Shown here in pieces: positions 34,018-43,923 of a DNA stretch of 64,000 nucleotides (position 1 is its first letter; the number at the start of each line of letters is the position of its first letter). A program made the translations under genes and the position numbers. Location of the stretch: NCBI GenBank assembly GCA_045589355.1, contig JAZNOW010000073.1, positions 680 through 64,679 of the forward strand. Reading direction: 5' to 3'. Source of the DNA: Clostridia bacterium. GTDB taxonomy: Bacteria; Bacillota; Clostridia; Christensenellales; Aristaeellaceae. The notes beneath the pieces are model-generated. The model saw only the letters and a program-made list of their open reading frames with translations, had not been told where the DNA came from and searched no databases.

Positions 34018-35166
34018 TTACAGCAGAATGATCTCCGCTTCGTTGACGGCCTTTTCGATGAGGGCTTCCTGATCCAGCTTTTCTTCGCCTTCCAGAATCT
34101 TGGCCATTTTGGGCTTGGTGGCAGGATGCTTGGGGGTGAAGACGGTGCAGCAGTCTTCATAAGGCAGGGAGGAGGTTTCGTAGGTGCCGATTTTCTTGGC
34201 GTAATCGATGATATCGGCCTTGTCGAAGCCGATCAGGGGACGGAAGACGGGCATGTTCACCACTTCATTGGTGGTCTGCAGCGCTTCCATGGTCTGGCTG
34301 GCCACCTGGCCGATGGATTCGCCGGTGATGAGGGCCAGGGCGCCTTCCTTTTCGGCGATTTTTTCCGCAATGCGCATCATATAGCGGCGCATGATGAGGG
34401 TGGTGTAATCTTCGGGGCATTTTTCGTGGATCTCCATCTGGATTTCGGTGAAGGGCACCACGTAGGTTTTCATGCCGCAGCAGTACTGGCTGAGGATGCG
34501 GCCCAGATCCAGCACCTTTTCCTTGGCCTGTTCGCTGGTATAGGGGAAGGAATGGTAGTGAACGGAGATCAGCTGCACGCCGCGCTTGGCGATCATGTAG
34601 CCGGCCACGGGGCTGTCGATGCCGCCGGAAAGCAGCAGCGCTGCCTTGCCGCCGGTGCCAACGGGCATGCCGCCAACGGCCATGTATACCTGGCAATAGA
34701 GGTAGGCCTTGTCCCGGATTTCCACGGAGAGGATATGCTCCGGCTTATGCACGTCCACGGACAGGTGGTCTTCATTCCGCTCCAGCACATATTCGCCGAT
34801 CTTGCGGTTGATCATGGGAGAATCCATGAAATAGCGCTTGTCGGAGCGGCGGGCTTCCACCTTGAAGGTGCCGTTGACGGAGCGCATCATTTTTTCCGCT
34901 TCCACACAAATGGCGTCAAAATCGTCCTTTTCCATTTCGATGGCGGGGCACACGGAGTGCACGCCGAACACCTTCCGCACCCGTTCCATGCAGGCGTCGG
35001 CATCCGTCATGTCGCTGACGAAAATGCGGGCGTCATGCAGCCACACATTGGCCTTGAATTCCCGGGTAGCTTCCTTGACGCGCTTTACCAGCGCCTTCAT
35101 GAAATAGGGGCGGTTGAGCCCTTTGAGATAGATTTCGCCGTAGCGGACCATCAGCAACTGTCGCAT
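34018..35166 (-). CDS. thiI: tRNA 4-thiouridine(8) synthase
   Basis: YGEIYLKGLNR (ferredoxin-like/THUMP N-terminus) and PP-loop LLLSGGIDSPVAGY. Confidence 0.9.
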   Translation of the reverse strand: MRQLLMVRYGEIYLKGLNRPYFMKALVKRVKEATREFKANVWLHDARIFVSDMTDADACMERVRKVFGVHSVCPAIEMEKDDFDAICVEAEKMMRSVNGTFKVEARRSDKRYFMDSPMINRKIGEYVLERNEDHLSVDVHKPEHILSVEIRDKAYLYCQVYMAVGGMPVGTGGKAALLLSGGIDSPVAGYMIAKRGVQLISVHYHSFPYTSEQAKEKVLDLGRILSQYCCGMKTYVVPFTEIQMEIHEKCPEDYTTLIMRRYMMRIAEKIAEKEGALALITGESIGQVASQTMEALQTTNEVVNMPVFRPLIGFDKADIIDYAKKIGTYETSSLPYEDCCTVFTPKHPATKPKMAKILEGEEKLDQEALIEKAVNEAEIILL

Positions 35167-35181
35167 GTTTTTTCCCTCTCT

Positions 35182-36321
35182 TTATCTTCTCTGGAACCGG
35201 CTGAGCAAGGCATACTGGCTCTTGATCGCGTCCAGAACAATGTTCATTTCATCCACGGTGTTTTCGGGGCAGAAGGAGAAACGCAGGGCGCTTTCCGCCA
35301 GCGGCTGATCCACATGCATGGCTTTGAGCACTGCGCTTACCTTTTGCTTGTGGGAGGAGCAGGCGCTGCCGATGCCCACGTAGATTTTTTTTCCTTCCAG
35401 GGCATGGAGCATGGTTTCGCTCCGGACCGGGGGCAGGGAAATGTTCAGAATGTGGGGGGCAGCCTGGGGGCCGTCCGGCGCCGGGCCGTTTACCCGGGCG
35501 GTGGGGATCAATTGCCGGATGCCTTCGTACAGGTGCATTTTTACCTCCTGCATGGCATGCGCTTTGGGGAAAGCATCCATGGCAGCGGAAAGCCCGGCGA
35601 TGCCCACGGTGTTTTCGGTGCCGGAGCGGATGGCATTTTCCTGGCCGCCGCCCACCTGCCTTGCATGCACCTGCATGCCCGGCCCCATCACCAGCGCGCC
35701 CACACCCTTGGGGGCATGGATCTTATGGCCGGAAAGGGCATAGCTGTCCGCATGGCAGGCTTTCATATCAAAGGGCACCCGAAGATACCCCTGCACCCCG
35801 TCCACATGAAAATGGGCCTGGGGACAGCGGCGCATTATCATTTCGCCAATCTGCTGCAGTGGCTGAATGGCGCCGGTTTCGTTATTCACCTGCATGATGC
35901 AGAGGAGGGCCACGCTTTCGTCCAGCATGTCTTCCAGGGCGGCAAGGTCCACCAGCCCTTCCCTGGTGTAGGGAATGGGGAGCGCTTCGGCCCCTTCCAT
36001 GGCCTGACAGGCTTCCTTTACGGCGGGATGCTCCCCGGCGGAATAGAGGACGCGCTTGTCCCGGCATTTCTTCTGCTGGCCCAGGATGGCCAGGTTATCC
36101 GCCTCGGTACCGCCGGAGAGGAACACCACACGGCTTCCCTGAGGAGCATGCACGGAGCGCAGGATTTTTTCCCGGCACTCCTTCATCATTTTCTCCGGGC
36201 CCATGGCGGCAGCGTACAAAGCGGAAGGATTGTAAAAATCCTCCCGCATGGCTTTTGTCATGGCTTCCACCGCCCCATCGCAGGGACGGGTGGTGGCGCT
36301 GTTATCAAGGTAAATGCTCAT
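35182..36321 (-). CDS. cysteine desulfurase (NifS/IscS class)
   Basis: ORF trimmed to ATG 36321 (MSIYLDNSATT). PLP-Lys motif ALSGHKIHAPKGVGAL, active-site loop GSACSS. Confidence 0.9.
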   Translation of the reverse strand: MSIYLDNSATTRPCDGAVEAMTKAMREDFYNPSALYAAAMGPEKMMKECREKILRSVHAPQGSRVVFLSGGTEADNLAILGQQKKCRDKRVLYSAGEHPAVKEACQAMEGAEALPIPYTREGLVDLAALEDMLDESVALLCIMQVNNETGAIQPLQQIGEMIMRRCPQAHFHVDGVQGYLRVPFDMKACHADSYALSGHKIHAPKGVGALVMGPGMQVHARQVGGGQENAIRSGTENTVGIAGLSAAMDAFPKAHAMQEVKMHLYEGIRQLIPTARVNGPAPDGPQAAPHILNISLPPVRSETMLHALEGKKIYVGIGSACSSHKQKVSAVLKAMHVDQPLAESALRFSFCPENTVDEMNIVLDAIKSQYALLSRFQRR

Positions 36322-36322
36322 A

Positions 36323-36886
36323 TCAGTTATTCTGCCAGACACCCTGGGGGATGTACTTTTTGATCAGGCCCACCATTTCCTCGCTGGGCTCGATGATGAT
36401 GATGCGCTTTTGCTGTTCCTTCTGGAAGTAGAAGTAGAAAAGCTGGGCGTCCCGGTTGAGGAACCAGTTGGTGCGCTTGATGCCGGGCATGTTGATGTAG
36501 CGGTTGAAAGAGCCGCTGGCCACCATGCCGCAGGCTTCCACATTGCGCACGTTCATGGTGCCCAGGCTCTTGCGCTTTTTGTTGTTGAACACCTTGGCAA
36601 AGTCCATCTGGCCGTTGGTGAAGGTGTATTCGTATTCGGTGCGGATTTTGTCCTTGTTGAGGAAAGTGAGCAGGGCAATGCCGCAGGCCGCCAGGCCGAT
36701 GACCAGGTTGACGATGATATCAAGGGTGCCGAAGCCGCCCATCATGATGGCGTTGATCACGCTGTTGATGACGGAAAAGCCGTAGATGGCCAGCAGCACC
36801 CATACCACATTGGCCATGAGATACAAAATGGTGTCAAAGCCCGTCCGCCGGCTGGTTACGCTTTCTTCCCGAAAATTATCCATCAT
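36323..36886 (-). CDS. hypothetical membrane protein (2 TM + soluble C-terminal domain)
   Basis: Coherent ORF with two hydrophobic helices, tightly packed in the operon. I did not recognise a family. Confidence 0.5.
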   Translation of the reverse strand: MMDNFREESVTSRRTGFDTILYLMANVVWVLLAIYGFSVINSVINAIMMGGFGTLDIIVNLVIGLAACGIALLTFLNKDKIRTEYEYTFTNGQMDFAKVFNNKKRKSLGTMNVRNVEACGMVASGSFNRYINMPGIKRTNWFLNRDAQLFYFYFQKEQQKRIIIIEPSEEMVGLIKKYIPQGVWQNN

Positions 36887-36901
36887 TTGAAATTTGCCTC
36901 C

Positions 36902-37348
36902 TTAAGCCATGAATATTACAACGGTCAGCCCCACCAGCACGCCGCCCAGCACTTCCAGGGGCGTATGGCCCACCAGTTCCTTCAGGCGATCTTCGGTAAT
37001 GGGCTTGCCTTCAATGAGCACTTCCCGGATCAGTTGGTTCAGCACGGCGCCCTGCTTGCCCGTTTCTGCCCGGACCCCCAGCGCATCGTAGATCACGATG
37101 GCCATCAGCATGAACGAAACGGCAAACACTGCCGATGAAAAGCCTTCCTGCAGCCCGCACATCAGCGCCATGGAAAACACGAACGCAGAGTGGGAGGAGG
37201 GCATGCCGCCCATGCCGAAGCAGCGCCGCCAATCAAATTTCTTATCCATCCACCATGTAATGAGCACCTTGATCACCTGGGCCACCGCCCAGGAAAGCAA
37301 GCTGGCCATCACAATGCGGTTTTGAAAAAATGCCTGTATTTGTTCCAC
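36902..37348 (-). CDS. divergent PAP2 family protein (DUF212-like)
   Basis: GGMPSSHSAFVFSMA and YDALGVRAETGKQG are typical of the acid phosphatase/vanadium-peroxidase-related family. Confidence 0.8.
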   Translation of the reverse strand: MEQIQAFFQNRIVMASLLSWAVAQVIKVLITWWMDKKFDWRRCFGMGGMPSSHSAFVFSMALMCGLQEGFSSAVFAVSFMLMAIVIYDALGVRAETGKQGAVLNQLIREVLIEGKPITEDRLKELVGHTPLEVLGGVLVGLTVVIFMA

Positions 37349-37366
37349 GTTTGCTGTTCCTCCGGT

Positions 37367-38233
37367 TTATTGTACACGATGCAGCGTGTCTTCTGCAAGG
37401 GCTTGCAGAAATTCTGCCTTTTTTCCCAGAGGATCAAGGGCACGGACCGCCTGTTCGATGCACAGGGCGGCGTCCTTCCTTGCCTGCTCCACACCCACGC
37501 AGGCAGGCCAGGTGATTTTGCCTTCTTCCACGTCTTTACCCAGGGTTTTGCCCATCAGGGCGGCATCCCCTTCCAGGTCCAGCAGATCGTCCACAATCTG
37601 GAAGGCAAGGCCCAGGTTGCGGCCGTAGGTTTCCCCGGCAAGCAACTGGGTATCGTCGGCCCCGGCCAGGCGGAACCCGGCCGTGACGGGCGCTGTGAGA
37701 AGGGCGGCCGTTTTGCCAAGATGGATCTGCTGCACGGTGTCTCTATCCGGCTGCGTGCCCTCCAGGGTGATATCCAGCGTCTGCCCCGCCAGCATGCCCG
37801 ATACACCGGCGGCCCTTGCCATGATGCCAAGGGCGGAGAAGGCGCGGGGAGCAGTCTGGGCTGCCATCACTTCAAACGCGTGGCTCAAAAGCCCGTCTCC
37901 GGCCAGAATGGCCATCCCTTCGCCAAAGACTATGTGGTTGGTGGGCTTACCCCGGCGCAGGGTATCGTTATCCATGCTGGGCAGGTCGTCATGAATGAGG
38001 GAGTAGGCGTGGATCATTTCCACGGCACAGGCGAAGGGCAGGGCGTCCTGCACTATGCCGCCGGCTGCTTCACAGGCCGCCAGCACCAGTACCCCCCGCA
38101 GCCGTTTGCCGCCGGAAAGCAGGCTGTAGCGCATGGCGTCCCGCAGCTTTTCCGGGGCGCCTGCAAAGGGCAGTGCTTCCAGGGCCTGCTCCACCATTTG
38201 CTTGTATTGAGCATATTGCTGGTTGAAATTCAC
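37367..38233 (-). CDS. ispA: polyprenyl (farnesyl/geranylgeranyl) diphosphate synthase
   Basis: FARM LIHDDLPSMDNDTLRRGKPT; SARM FQIVDDLLD. Confidence 0.9.
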   Translation of the reverse strand: MNFNQQYAQYKQMVEQALEALPFAGAPEKLRDAMRYSLLSGGKRLRGVLVLAACEAAGGIVQDALPFACAVEMIHAYSLIHDDLPSMDNDTLRRGKPTNHIVFGEGMAILAGDGLLSHAFEVMAAQTAPRAFSALGIMARAAGVSGMLAGQTLDITLEGTQPDRDTVQQIHLGKTAALLTAPVTAGFRLAGADDTQLLAGETYGRNLGLAFQIVDDLLDLEGDAALMGKTLGKDVEEGKITWPACVGVEQARKDAALCIEQAVRALDPLGKKAEFLQALAEDTLHRVQ

Positions 38234-38448
38234 GGCGCATCCTCCATGGGTACAAGATTTCCGCCGGACAACTCCAGCATTCGCTTTTCCGCATCGGTAA
38301 GGGCGGAAGACAATTCCCGGGACAATTGCATGCCTGCCTCGTAGGCCTTCAGGGATTCTTCCAGAGGCAGGTTGCCCCCTTCCATTTTCTCCACCAGCGC
38401 TTCCAGCGCCAGCAGCTTATCTTCAAAGGTGAGTTGTTTCTTGGCCAA
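38230..38448 (-). CDS. xseB: exodeoxyribonuclease VII small subunit
   Basis: KKQLTFEDKLLALEALVEKMEGGNLPLEESLKAYEAGMQLS. TTG 38448 behind GGAGGA is preferred over the ATG 38478 of the track. Confidence 0.85.
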   Translation of the reverse strand: MAKKQLTFEDKLLALEALVEKMEGGNLPLEESLKAYEAGMQLSRELSSALTDAEKRMLELSGGNLVPMEDAP

Positions 38449-39646
38449 AGGGATCCTCCTTCCGGATTTCGTCCACATGCACGGAAATTCTGCCGTCCTG
38501 CAGCACGAGGGTCATGTTTGGTTGCGCCTTTTCCACATGGGTGACGGGCTTTCCGTTTGCCAGCACAAAGGCATAGCCCCTTTGCAGGGCCTGACGGGGC
38601 CCCAGCGCATTCAGCTTTTCGTGCAGCCGCTGCACGTCCGCTTTTTTCAGGGACAGGAGCCTTTCCATCAGCATTTGCAGCCGGGCGGTGTATAATTCTG
38701 CCTGACCCCGGGCCTTTTTCAGCCGGAGGGCCGGGTGTTCCCGGTTCAGGCGGTTCTCCAGGGAAGTAAGCCATGCCTTTTGCCGCAGCAGGCTGTTCTG
38801 CCCGGCCCGCAGCAGGGCTGCTTTATATTTTTCGATGGCCTGTACCACCGCCCGGTATTCCGGCACACATTTTTCGGCGGCCTCGGTGGGGGTGGCGGCG
38901 CGTTCATCGGCGGCCAGGTCGCTGAGGGTCACGTCCACTTCATGGCCCACGGCGGATACGACGGGGATGGGGCAGGCGGCAATGGCCCGCACCACGATCT
39001 CTTCGTTGAAGGCCCACAAGTCCTCCATGCTGCCGCCGCCGCGGCCCACAATGATCACGTCCACGCCGGGCACCCGGGCCATTTCCTCAATGCCTGCGGC
39101 AATATCCGGGGCTGCGTTTTCCCCCTGCACCAGGCAGGGCCGCAGCACCAGCTGCATGCCGGGGTAGCGCCGCCTTGTGACGGTGGCAATGTCGTGGATC
39201 ACGGCGCCGGAGCGGCTGGTGACCACCCCGATCATCCGGGGCAGCAGGGGCAGGGGCTTTTTGCGGCTTACGTCAAACAGCCCTTCTTTCATCAGCCGGG
39301 CTTTCATGGCCTCGTATTTCAGGTACAATTCGCCCATGCCGTCCAGGGACATGGTATCGGCGTAAAACTGGTAGCTGCCGCTGGCGGTGTACAGGCCCAC
39401 GGCGCCGGTTAGCTGCACCTTCATGCCGTTTTCCACGGGGAAGGTGATGTGCATGTTTTTTTGCCGGAAGCAGACGCACTGAATGCGGCTCTGCTCATCC
39501 TTGAGGATAAAATACCAGTGGCCGGAGGCGTACTTTTTCAGGTCGCTGATCTCGCCACGCAGGGATAAAAACCGCAGGGCAGGATCTCCGGCCAGTGACC
39601 GGCTCACATATTCATTCAGTTGTGTGACGGTCAGTGTCCAGGCCAT
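38423..39646 (-). CDS. xseA: exodeoxyribonuclease VII large subunit
   Basis: OB-fold N-terminus (VSRSLAGDP...GEISDLKKYASGHWYFILKD) and catalytic core IIVGRGGGSMEDLWAFNEE. Confidence 0.92.
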   Translation of the reverse strand: MAWTLTVTQLNEYVSRSLAGDPALRFLSLRGEISDLKKYASGHWYFILKDEQSRIQCVCFRQKNMHITFPVENGMKVQLTGAVGLYTASGSYQFYADTMSLDGMGELYLKYEAMKARLMKEGLFDVSRKKPLPLLPRMIGVVTSRSGAVIHDIATVTRRRYPGMQLVLRPCLVQGENAAPDIAAGIEEMARVPGVDVIIVGRGGGSMEDLWAFNEEIVVRAIAACPIPVVSAVGHEVDVTLSDLAADERAATPTEAAEKCVPEYRAVVQAIEKYKAALLRAGQNSLLRQKAWLTSLENRLNREHPALRLKKARGQAELYTARLQMLMERLLSLKKADVQRLHEKLNALGPRQALQRGYAFVLANGKPVTHVEKAQPNMTLVLQDGRISVHVDEIRKEDPFGQETTHL

Positions 39647-39650
39647 AAAA

Positions 39651-40496
39651 TTACTTCACTTTCTTTTCCGCAGCTTCCACGGTGTTTGCCATCAGCATGC
39701 AGATGGTCATCTTGCCCACGCCGCCGGGCACGGGGGTGATGTAGGAGGCTTTCTCAGCCACGGCGTCAAAATCCACGTCGCCGCAGAGCTTGCCCTCCAC
39801 CCGGTTGATGCCCACGTCCACCACGGCAGCGCCTTCCTTCACCATATCGGCGGTAACGAACCGGGGCCGGCCCACGGCAGCCACCAGCACGTCGGCGTTG
39901 CGGGTATGCTCCGCCAGATTCTTTGTGCGGGAATGGCAGATGGTGACGGTGCAGTTGGCATCCAGCAGCAGCATGGCAATGGGCTTACCCACGATGTTGC
40001 TGCGGCCGATGACCACGGCGTTCTTGCCGGAAAGTTCCACGCCGGCTTTTTCCAGCATGTACATGATGCCCTTGGGGGTGCAGGCCACGACGCCGTCCTG
40101 GCCGGTGAACAATTTGCCGGCGTTTTCAATGTGGAAGCCGTCCACGTCCTTTTCGGGCAGGATCTTTGCCAGGGCGGCGGCTTCATCCAGATGTCTGGGC
40201 AGGGGCAGCTGCACCAGGATGCCGTTGAAGCGGTCGTCCCGGTTCAGCTCGTCAATGATTTTTTCCAGCGTTTCCTGATCCGTTTCGGCGGGCAGGCGCA
40301 GGGTTTCGGACGTCATGCCCAGCTGTTCGCAGGCCAGGCCCTTGTTGCGTACGTACACCTGGCTGGCAGGATCATCCCCCACCAGGATGACGGCCAGGCC
40401 GGGGGTGACGCCCTTTGCTTTCAGCGCGTCCACGCGAATTTTCAGTTCTTCCATCACGGCGGCAGCCATGATTTTTCCGTCCAGAAGTTGAGCCAT
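39651..40496 (-). CDS. folD: bifunctional methylenetetrahydrofolate dehydrogenase/cyclohydrolase
   Basis: [47 protein letters not shown]. Confidence 0.95.
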   Translation of the reverse strand: MAQLLDGKIMAAAVMEELKIRVDALKAKGVTPGLAVILVGDDPASQVYVRNKGLACEQLGMTSETLRLPAETDQETLEKIIDELNRDDRFNGILVQLPLPRHLDEAAALAKILPEKDVDGFHIENAGKLFTGQDGVVACTPKGIMYMLEKAGVELSGKNAVVIGRSNIVGKPIAMLLLDANCTVTICHSRTKNLAEHTRNADVLVAAVGRPRFVTADMVKEGAAVVDVGINRVEGKLCGDVDFDAVAEKASYITPVPGGVGKMTICMLMANTVEAAEKKVK

Positions 40497-40501
40497 TTTC
40501 T

Positions 40502-41437
40502 TCAGCCTCCCTGTAATTTTTCCAGGCCGATGAGCGATACGCCCACGGCGTTATCGCCGGAGTATTCCGGCTTACCAAAGTGCAGGTTCAGGTGCAGGCG
40601 GCGCTTTTCGTTCCTCTCCTGCAGCAAAGTGCGCAGCAGGTGGGAGGAAATAACGCCCCCTGCCAGCAGAATGTTCCGGGTGCCGCACTGATCGGCAGCG
40701 GCGCACAATAACCTCAGCACCGTGCGGCAAAGGACGGAATATACCTCCGCCGCAATATCGTTTTTCTCCTTGCCTTCCTGCACCATGCGAAGCAATTGGG
40801 CTTCTGCGCCGGAAAGATGGCACCGGAGCGTTTTTTCGTCCATACTGACGGGCACTGCCGCCTTGGCATTTCCCAGCACTGCCAGCTTTTCCAGGTGCGG
40901 CCCGCTGGGGAAGGGAAGCCCCAGGGCCACGCCCACCCGGTCCACCAATTGGCCTGCATGCAGGTCCATGCTGGTGCCAAGGGGCGTCAATGCATCCCCG
41001 TCCATCAGCAGCACGTCGGTGGTGCCGCCGGACAGGTGCAGCGCCAGGAATTTGCTTTCTTCCAGCCCACTGTCCACCCTGGCGGCCCGGATATGGCCCC
41101 GCTGATGGGTGGTGGTGAAGAAGGGCACGTGATGGGCGGCGGCAATGGAGCGGCCCACCATTTCGCCCACAGAAAAAACGGGCATGTAAGAATCCTTCCC
41201 GTCCCGGGGGGAAATGGATGCGCAGACGCAGGAAAGGGGTTCCCGGGCTTCCTTCATCACGTTTTCCACCTGACAGGCAAGTTGTCTTACATGCGCAAAC
41301 ACGGCCTCGCTTTGGCGAAGGCCGCGTTCACCCGTTTTGACGGGCAGCAACCGCCGGCTTTGCCATATCTCCCTACCAGAGGAGCAAAGCGCGGCGGACG
41401 TGGTATAGTTGCTGGTATCCAGCCCCAGAGAAAGCAT
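40502..41437 (-). CDS. Kae1/TsaD-like (peptidase M22 / ASKHA fold) paralog
   Basis: [21 protein letters not shown] (HxxxH-like metal site), LHLSGGTTD. Shorter than canonical TsaD. Confidence 0.65.
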   Translation of the reverse strand: MLSLGLDTSNYTTSAALCSSGREIWQSRRLLPVKTGERGLRQSEAVFAHVRQLACQVENVMKEAREPLSCVCASISPRDGKDSYMPVFSVGEMVGRSIAAAHHVPFFTTTHQRGHIRAARVDSGLEESKFLALHLSGGTTDVLLMDGDALTPLGTSMDLHAGQLVDRVGVALGLPFPSGPHLEKLAVLGNAKAAVPVSMDEKTLRCHLSGAEAQLLRMVQEGKEKNDIAAEVYSVLCRTVLRLLCAAADQCGTRNILLAGGVISSHLLRTLLQERNEKRRLHLNLHFGKPEYSGDNAVGVSLIGLEKLQGG

Positions 41438-41853
41438 CAGGCCTTTTCTCCCTGCTGGTTGCGTGCTTCCAGTACTGCGGAAAGCACACCGTTTACAAAC
41501 TTGCCGGCACCGGGCGTATTGAAGCGCTGGGCCAGGGTGACTGCTTCGTTGATGACCACGGCATCGGGAGTGGTGCGGTCATAGCACATTTCCCAGATGG
41601 CCACGCGGAGCACAGCCTTATCCACCTTGGCGATACGGTTCAGTGCCCAGCCCTTGAGGTTCTTTTCGATCAGGTCATCGATTTCGAATTCGTGTTCCGT
41701 CACGCCCTCAAGCAGCTGGTCGATAAAGGCCATGTCGCCTTCTTCCGGGGTGAAGGCGATGAGCCCCTGAAGGGTGTCCTCACCGCCGTCGCCGCCCAGC
41801 ATATTTTCAAACACCATCTGCACGGCAGCAGCACGTGCTGATTTACGAGACAT
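41437..41853 (-). CDS. nusB: transcription antitermination factor NusB
   Basis: SRKSARAAAVQMVF...; LNRIAKVDKAVLRVAIWEM; INEAVTLAQRF. Confidence 0.92.
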   Translation of the reverse strand: MSRKSARAAAVQMVFENMLGGDGGEDTLQGLIAFTPEEGDMAFIDQLLEGVTEHEFEIDDLIEKNLKGWALNRIAKVDKAVLRVAIWEMCYDRTTPDAVVINEAVTLAQRFNTPGAGKFVNGVLSAVLEARNQQGEKA

Positions 41854-41873
41854 GGGTCATTTCCCCCATAAAA

Positions 41874-42311
41874 TTATTCTTCGGTAGCTTCTTCCGCCAC
41901 TTCAGCGATCTCTTCTTTGATCTCTTCCACGGCTTGCGCGATTTCTTCTTTGGCGTCCACGATGCCTTCCTGCACGTCTTCCACCACGTCTTCCGCCTTT
42001 TCTTCGGCTTCCTTGGCTTCCTGGATGGCCTTGGAGACGCGGGCGTCCTTCATTTTGTACACCTTGTCCTTCACGGGGGCAACCTTATCGGCAGCCTTCT
42101 TGAAGGTGGCCTTCTTATCGGAAACACCGCCGATGAACAGGGCCACAACCAGCAGGGCCACGATCAGCAGGGTCTTCCAGAAGCCGATGGACAGGAACAG
42201 GATGCCCATGATCAGGGCGATCACGCAGCAGAAGATGGCGCATTCGGGGGTGCCGATTTTGAAGATCTTTTGCATCATGGTTTCAAATTTGGACTGCTTG
42301 TTTTCACTCAT
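41874..42311 (-). CDS. DUF2273 small membrane protein with acidic C-terminal tail
   Basis: ORF trimmed to ATG 42311. Two TM helices, then an E-rich tail. Conserved position after amaP. Confidence 0.7.
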   Translation of the reverse strand: MSENKQSKFETMMQKIFKIGTPECAIFCCVIALIMGILFLSIGFWKTLLIVALLVVALFIGGVSDKKATFKKAADKVAPVKDKVYKMKDARVSKAIQEAKEAEEKAEDVVEDVQEGIVDAKEEIAQAVEEIKEEIAEVAEEATEE

Positions 42312-43107
42312 TGGTTTCTTCCTCCTGTGCCTGTTGGGCAATTTCTGTGGTTTCTTCGGGAACGACAATCTCTTCCTGAACGGATTCTTCTTCGGTAACC
42401 GTTTCTTCCGTTACGGTTTCCGCTTCGGGGGCGGGAGCCGCTTCGGGGGCAACGGGCATGGTGGCAGGCTCCGCATCGCGCTTGAACAGGCGCTGATGGA
42501 TGGGCTGCTTTTTATCCTTCGCCTGGGCAGGGGTTTCCTGTTCGGCGGCAGGTTCGGCATTGACCAGGTAGGGGGAATTGTTGGCGACTTCCTTGGCGGT
42601 TTCCACAGCCACCTTGACTTCCTTCACTTCGATGCCGGAGGAGGCCAGCAGGTACTGCTTGATCTGCTTTTGCAGGGAGGAAACGGCCAGGGGGATGATC
42701 ACGTTATTGGCCAGGGAGATATTCAGGCCCACGGTGATGCCGCCGCGGCTGTTGTTGATGCGCATGGAGGAAAGCTGCACTTCTTCGTGCATATCCACGC
42801 ACTTTTGCACCAGGTTCTTGATGGCCACCACGGCAATGCGCAGTTCGCCGTTTTCCGTCTGCTGGACCACGAAATCCTTGCGGCGGAAGGTGAACTTGTG
42901 GGGGATGGAGAACAGGTACAGGCCAAACAGGGCACACAGGACGGCCACGCCGAAATAAATGTACTTGGCCAGCTTGATGTCCAGAATTTCGTTCAACTTG
43001 TAGGGGAAGAAGGGCAGCAGGGGCAGGGCCACGCCCAGACCCAGTGCGATCACCAGCACAGCGCCCACGATGATGATGATGCGATGCCAGAAACGAAACT
43101 TTTTCAT
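42304..43107 (-). CDS. amaP: alkaline shock response membrane anchor protein AmaP-like
   Basis: Two N-terminal TM segments plus an Asp23-like fold segment (ELRIAVVAIKNLVQKCV...). Follows the Asp23 gene. Confidence 0.7.
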   Translation of the reverse strand: MKKFRFWHRIIIIVGAVLVIALGLGVALPLLPFFPYKLNEILDIKLAKYIYFGVAVLCALFGLYLFSIPHKFTFRRKDFVVQQTENGELRIAVVAIKNLVQKCVDMHEEVQLSSMRINNSRGGITVGLNISLANNVIIPLAVSSLQKQIKQYLLASSGIEVKEVKVAVETAKEVANNSPYLVNAEPAAEQETPAQAKDKKQPIHQRLFKRDAEPATMPVAPEAAPAPEAETVTEETVTEEESVQEEIVVPEETTEIAQQAQEEETNE

Positions 43108-43131
43108 TTTTTACACCTCTTGCATTTGTTC

Positions 43132-43803
43132 TCAGCAGCGCTTACGGCCGGGAGCCTTTTTCTTGGTCTTGGGGGCTTCCTGAGCGGTTTCTTCGGCAGC
43201 GGGGGCTTCTTCGCCGTCCAGCTGAGCCTGCTCCGCCAGCACTTCTTCGCTGAAAGCTTCCTCTTCGTTCAGCTGGGCTTCTTCTGCTTCGGGTGCAGCC
43301 GTTTCTTCCTGCACAGGAATTTCTTCGGCCTTGGGCTCTTCCACCTTGACCTCTTCCTTCTTGGCAGCTTCGGTGAGCAGGGGGTTCTTGGCGGCTTCAA
43401 TGCCGGTCATGGCAGCCTTCTTTTCTTTTTCAAAGCTGACGCCCTGCACATGCACGTCGACCCTTACCACATGCAGGCCGGTGAGGCTTTCCAGGGCCTT
43501 GCGCACGTTTTCCTGCACTTCATGGGCCACCTTCTGGATGGGCTGGCCGTATTCCACCACGATGTACAGATCCACCGCGGCTTCCTGAGAACCCACTTCC
43601 ACCTTTACGCCCTTGGTGATGGTACGGTTGCGGCCCAGGATCTCGCTGAAGCCGCCGCTGACGCACATGCCGGCAATGCCGTCGATTTCATTGGCGGCAA
43701 CGCCTGCGATGGTGGCGATCACTTCGTTTGCGTAGGAAATGGTACCGCCGTTTTGCAAATCCACATCCACCTTGACGGGCAGATTTTCTTTCTTCTGAGC
43801 CAT
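43132..43803 (-). CDS. Asp23/Gls24 family envelope stress protein with long acidic C-terminal extension
   Basis: ORF trimmed to ATG 43803 behind GAGGAGG. ISYANEVIATIAGVAANEIDGIAGM and VDVHVQGVSF are typical of Asp23. Confidence 0.85.
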   Translation of the reverse strand: MAQKKENLPVKVDVDLQNGGTISYANEVIATIAGVAANEIDGIAGMCVSGGFSEILGRNRTITKGVKVEVGSQEAAVDLYIVVEYGQPIQKVAHEVQENVRKALESLTGLHVVRVDVHVQGVSFEKEKKAAMTGIEAAKNPLLTEAAKKEEVKVEEPKAEEIPVQEETAAPEAEEAQLNEEEAFSEEVLAEQAQLDGEEAPAAEETAQEAPKTKKKAPGRKRC

Positions 43804-43831
43804 ATTACGCACCTCCTCAGAGATATACACC

Positions 43832-43860
43832 AGTATAGCAGATTTTTTCTTCTTTGGCAA
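43832..43860 (-). promoter_or_regulatory. candidate sigma-70 promoter of the asp23-nusB-folD-xse-ispA operon
   Basis: On the minus strand: TTGCCA (43860-43855), 17-nt spacer, TATACT (43837-43832). Confidence 0.5.
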
Positions 43861-43923
43861 CACTTGCGGCCTTTGTGCCACAAGCGTGCCGTAAAGTTTT
43901 TTGCGAAAAAAATCAGGGAAAAA

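Noticed and set aside
32746-36363. 1205-aa plus-strand ORF
   Set aside because: It is antisense to the OYE, thiI and cysteine desulfurase genes, which all carry clear catalytic motifs. It starts inside the non-coding repeat and has no domain signatures, so it is a shadow ORF.
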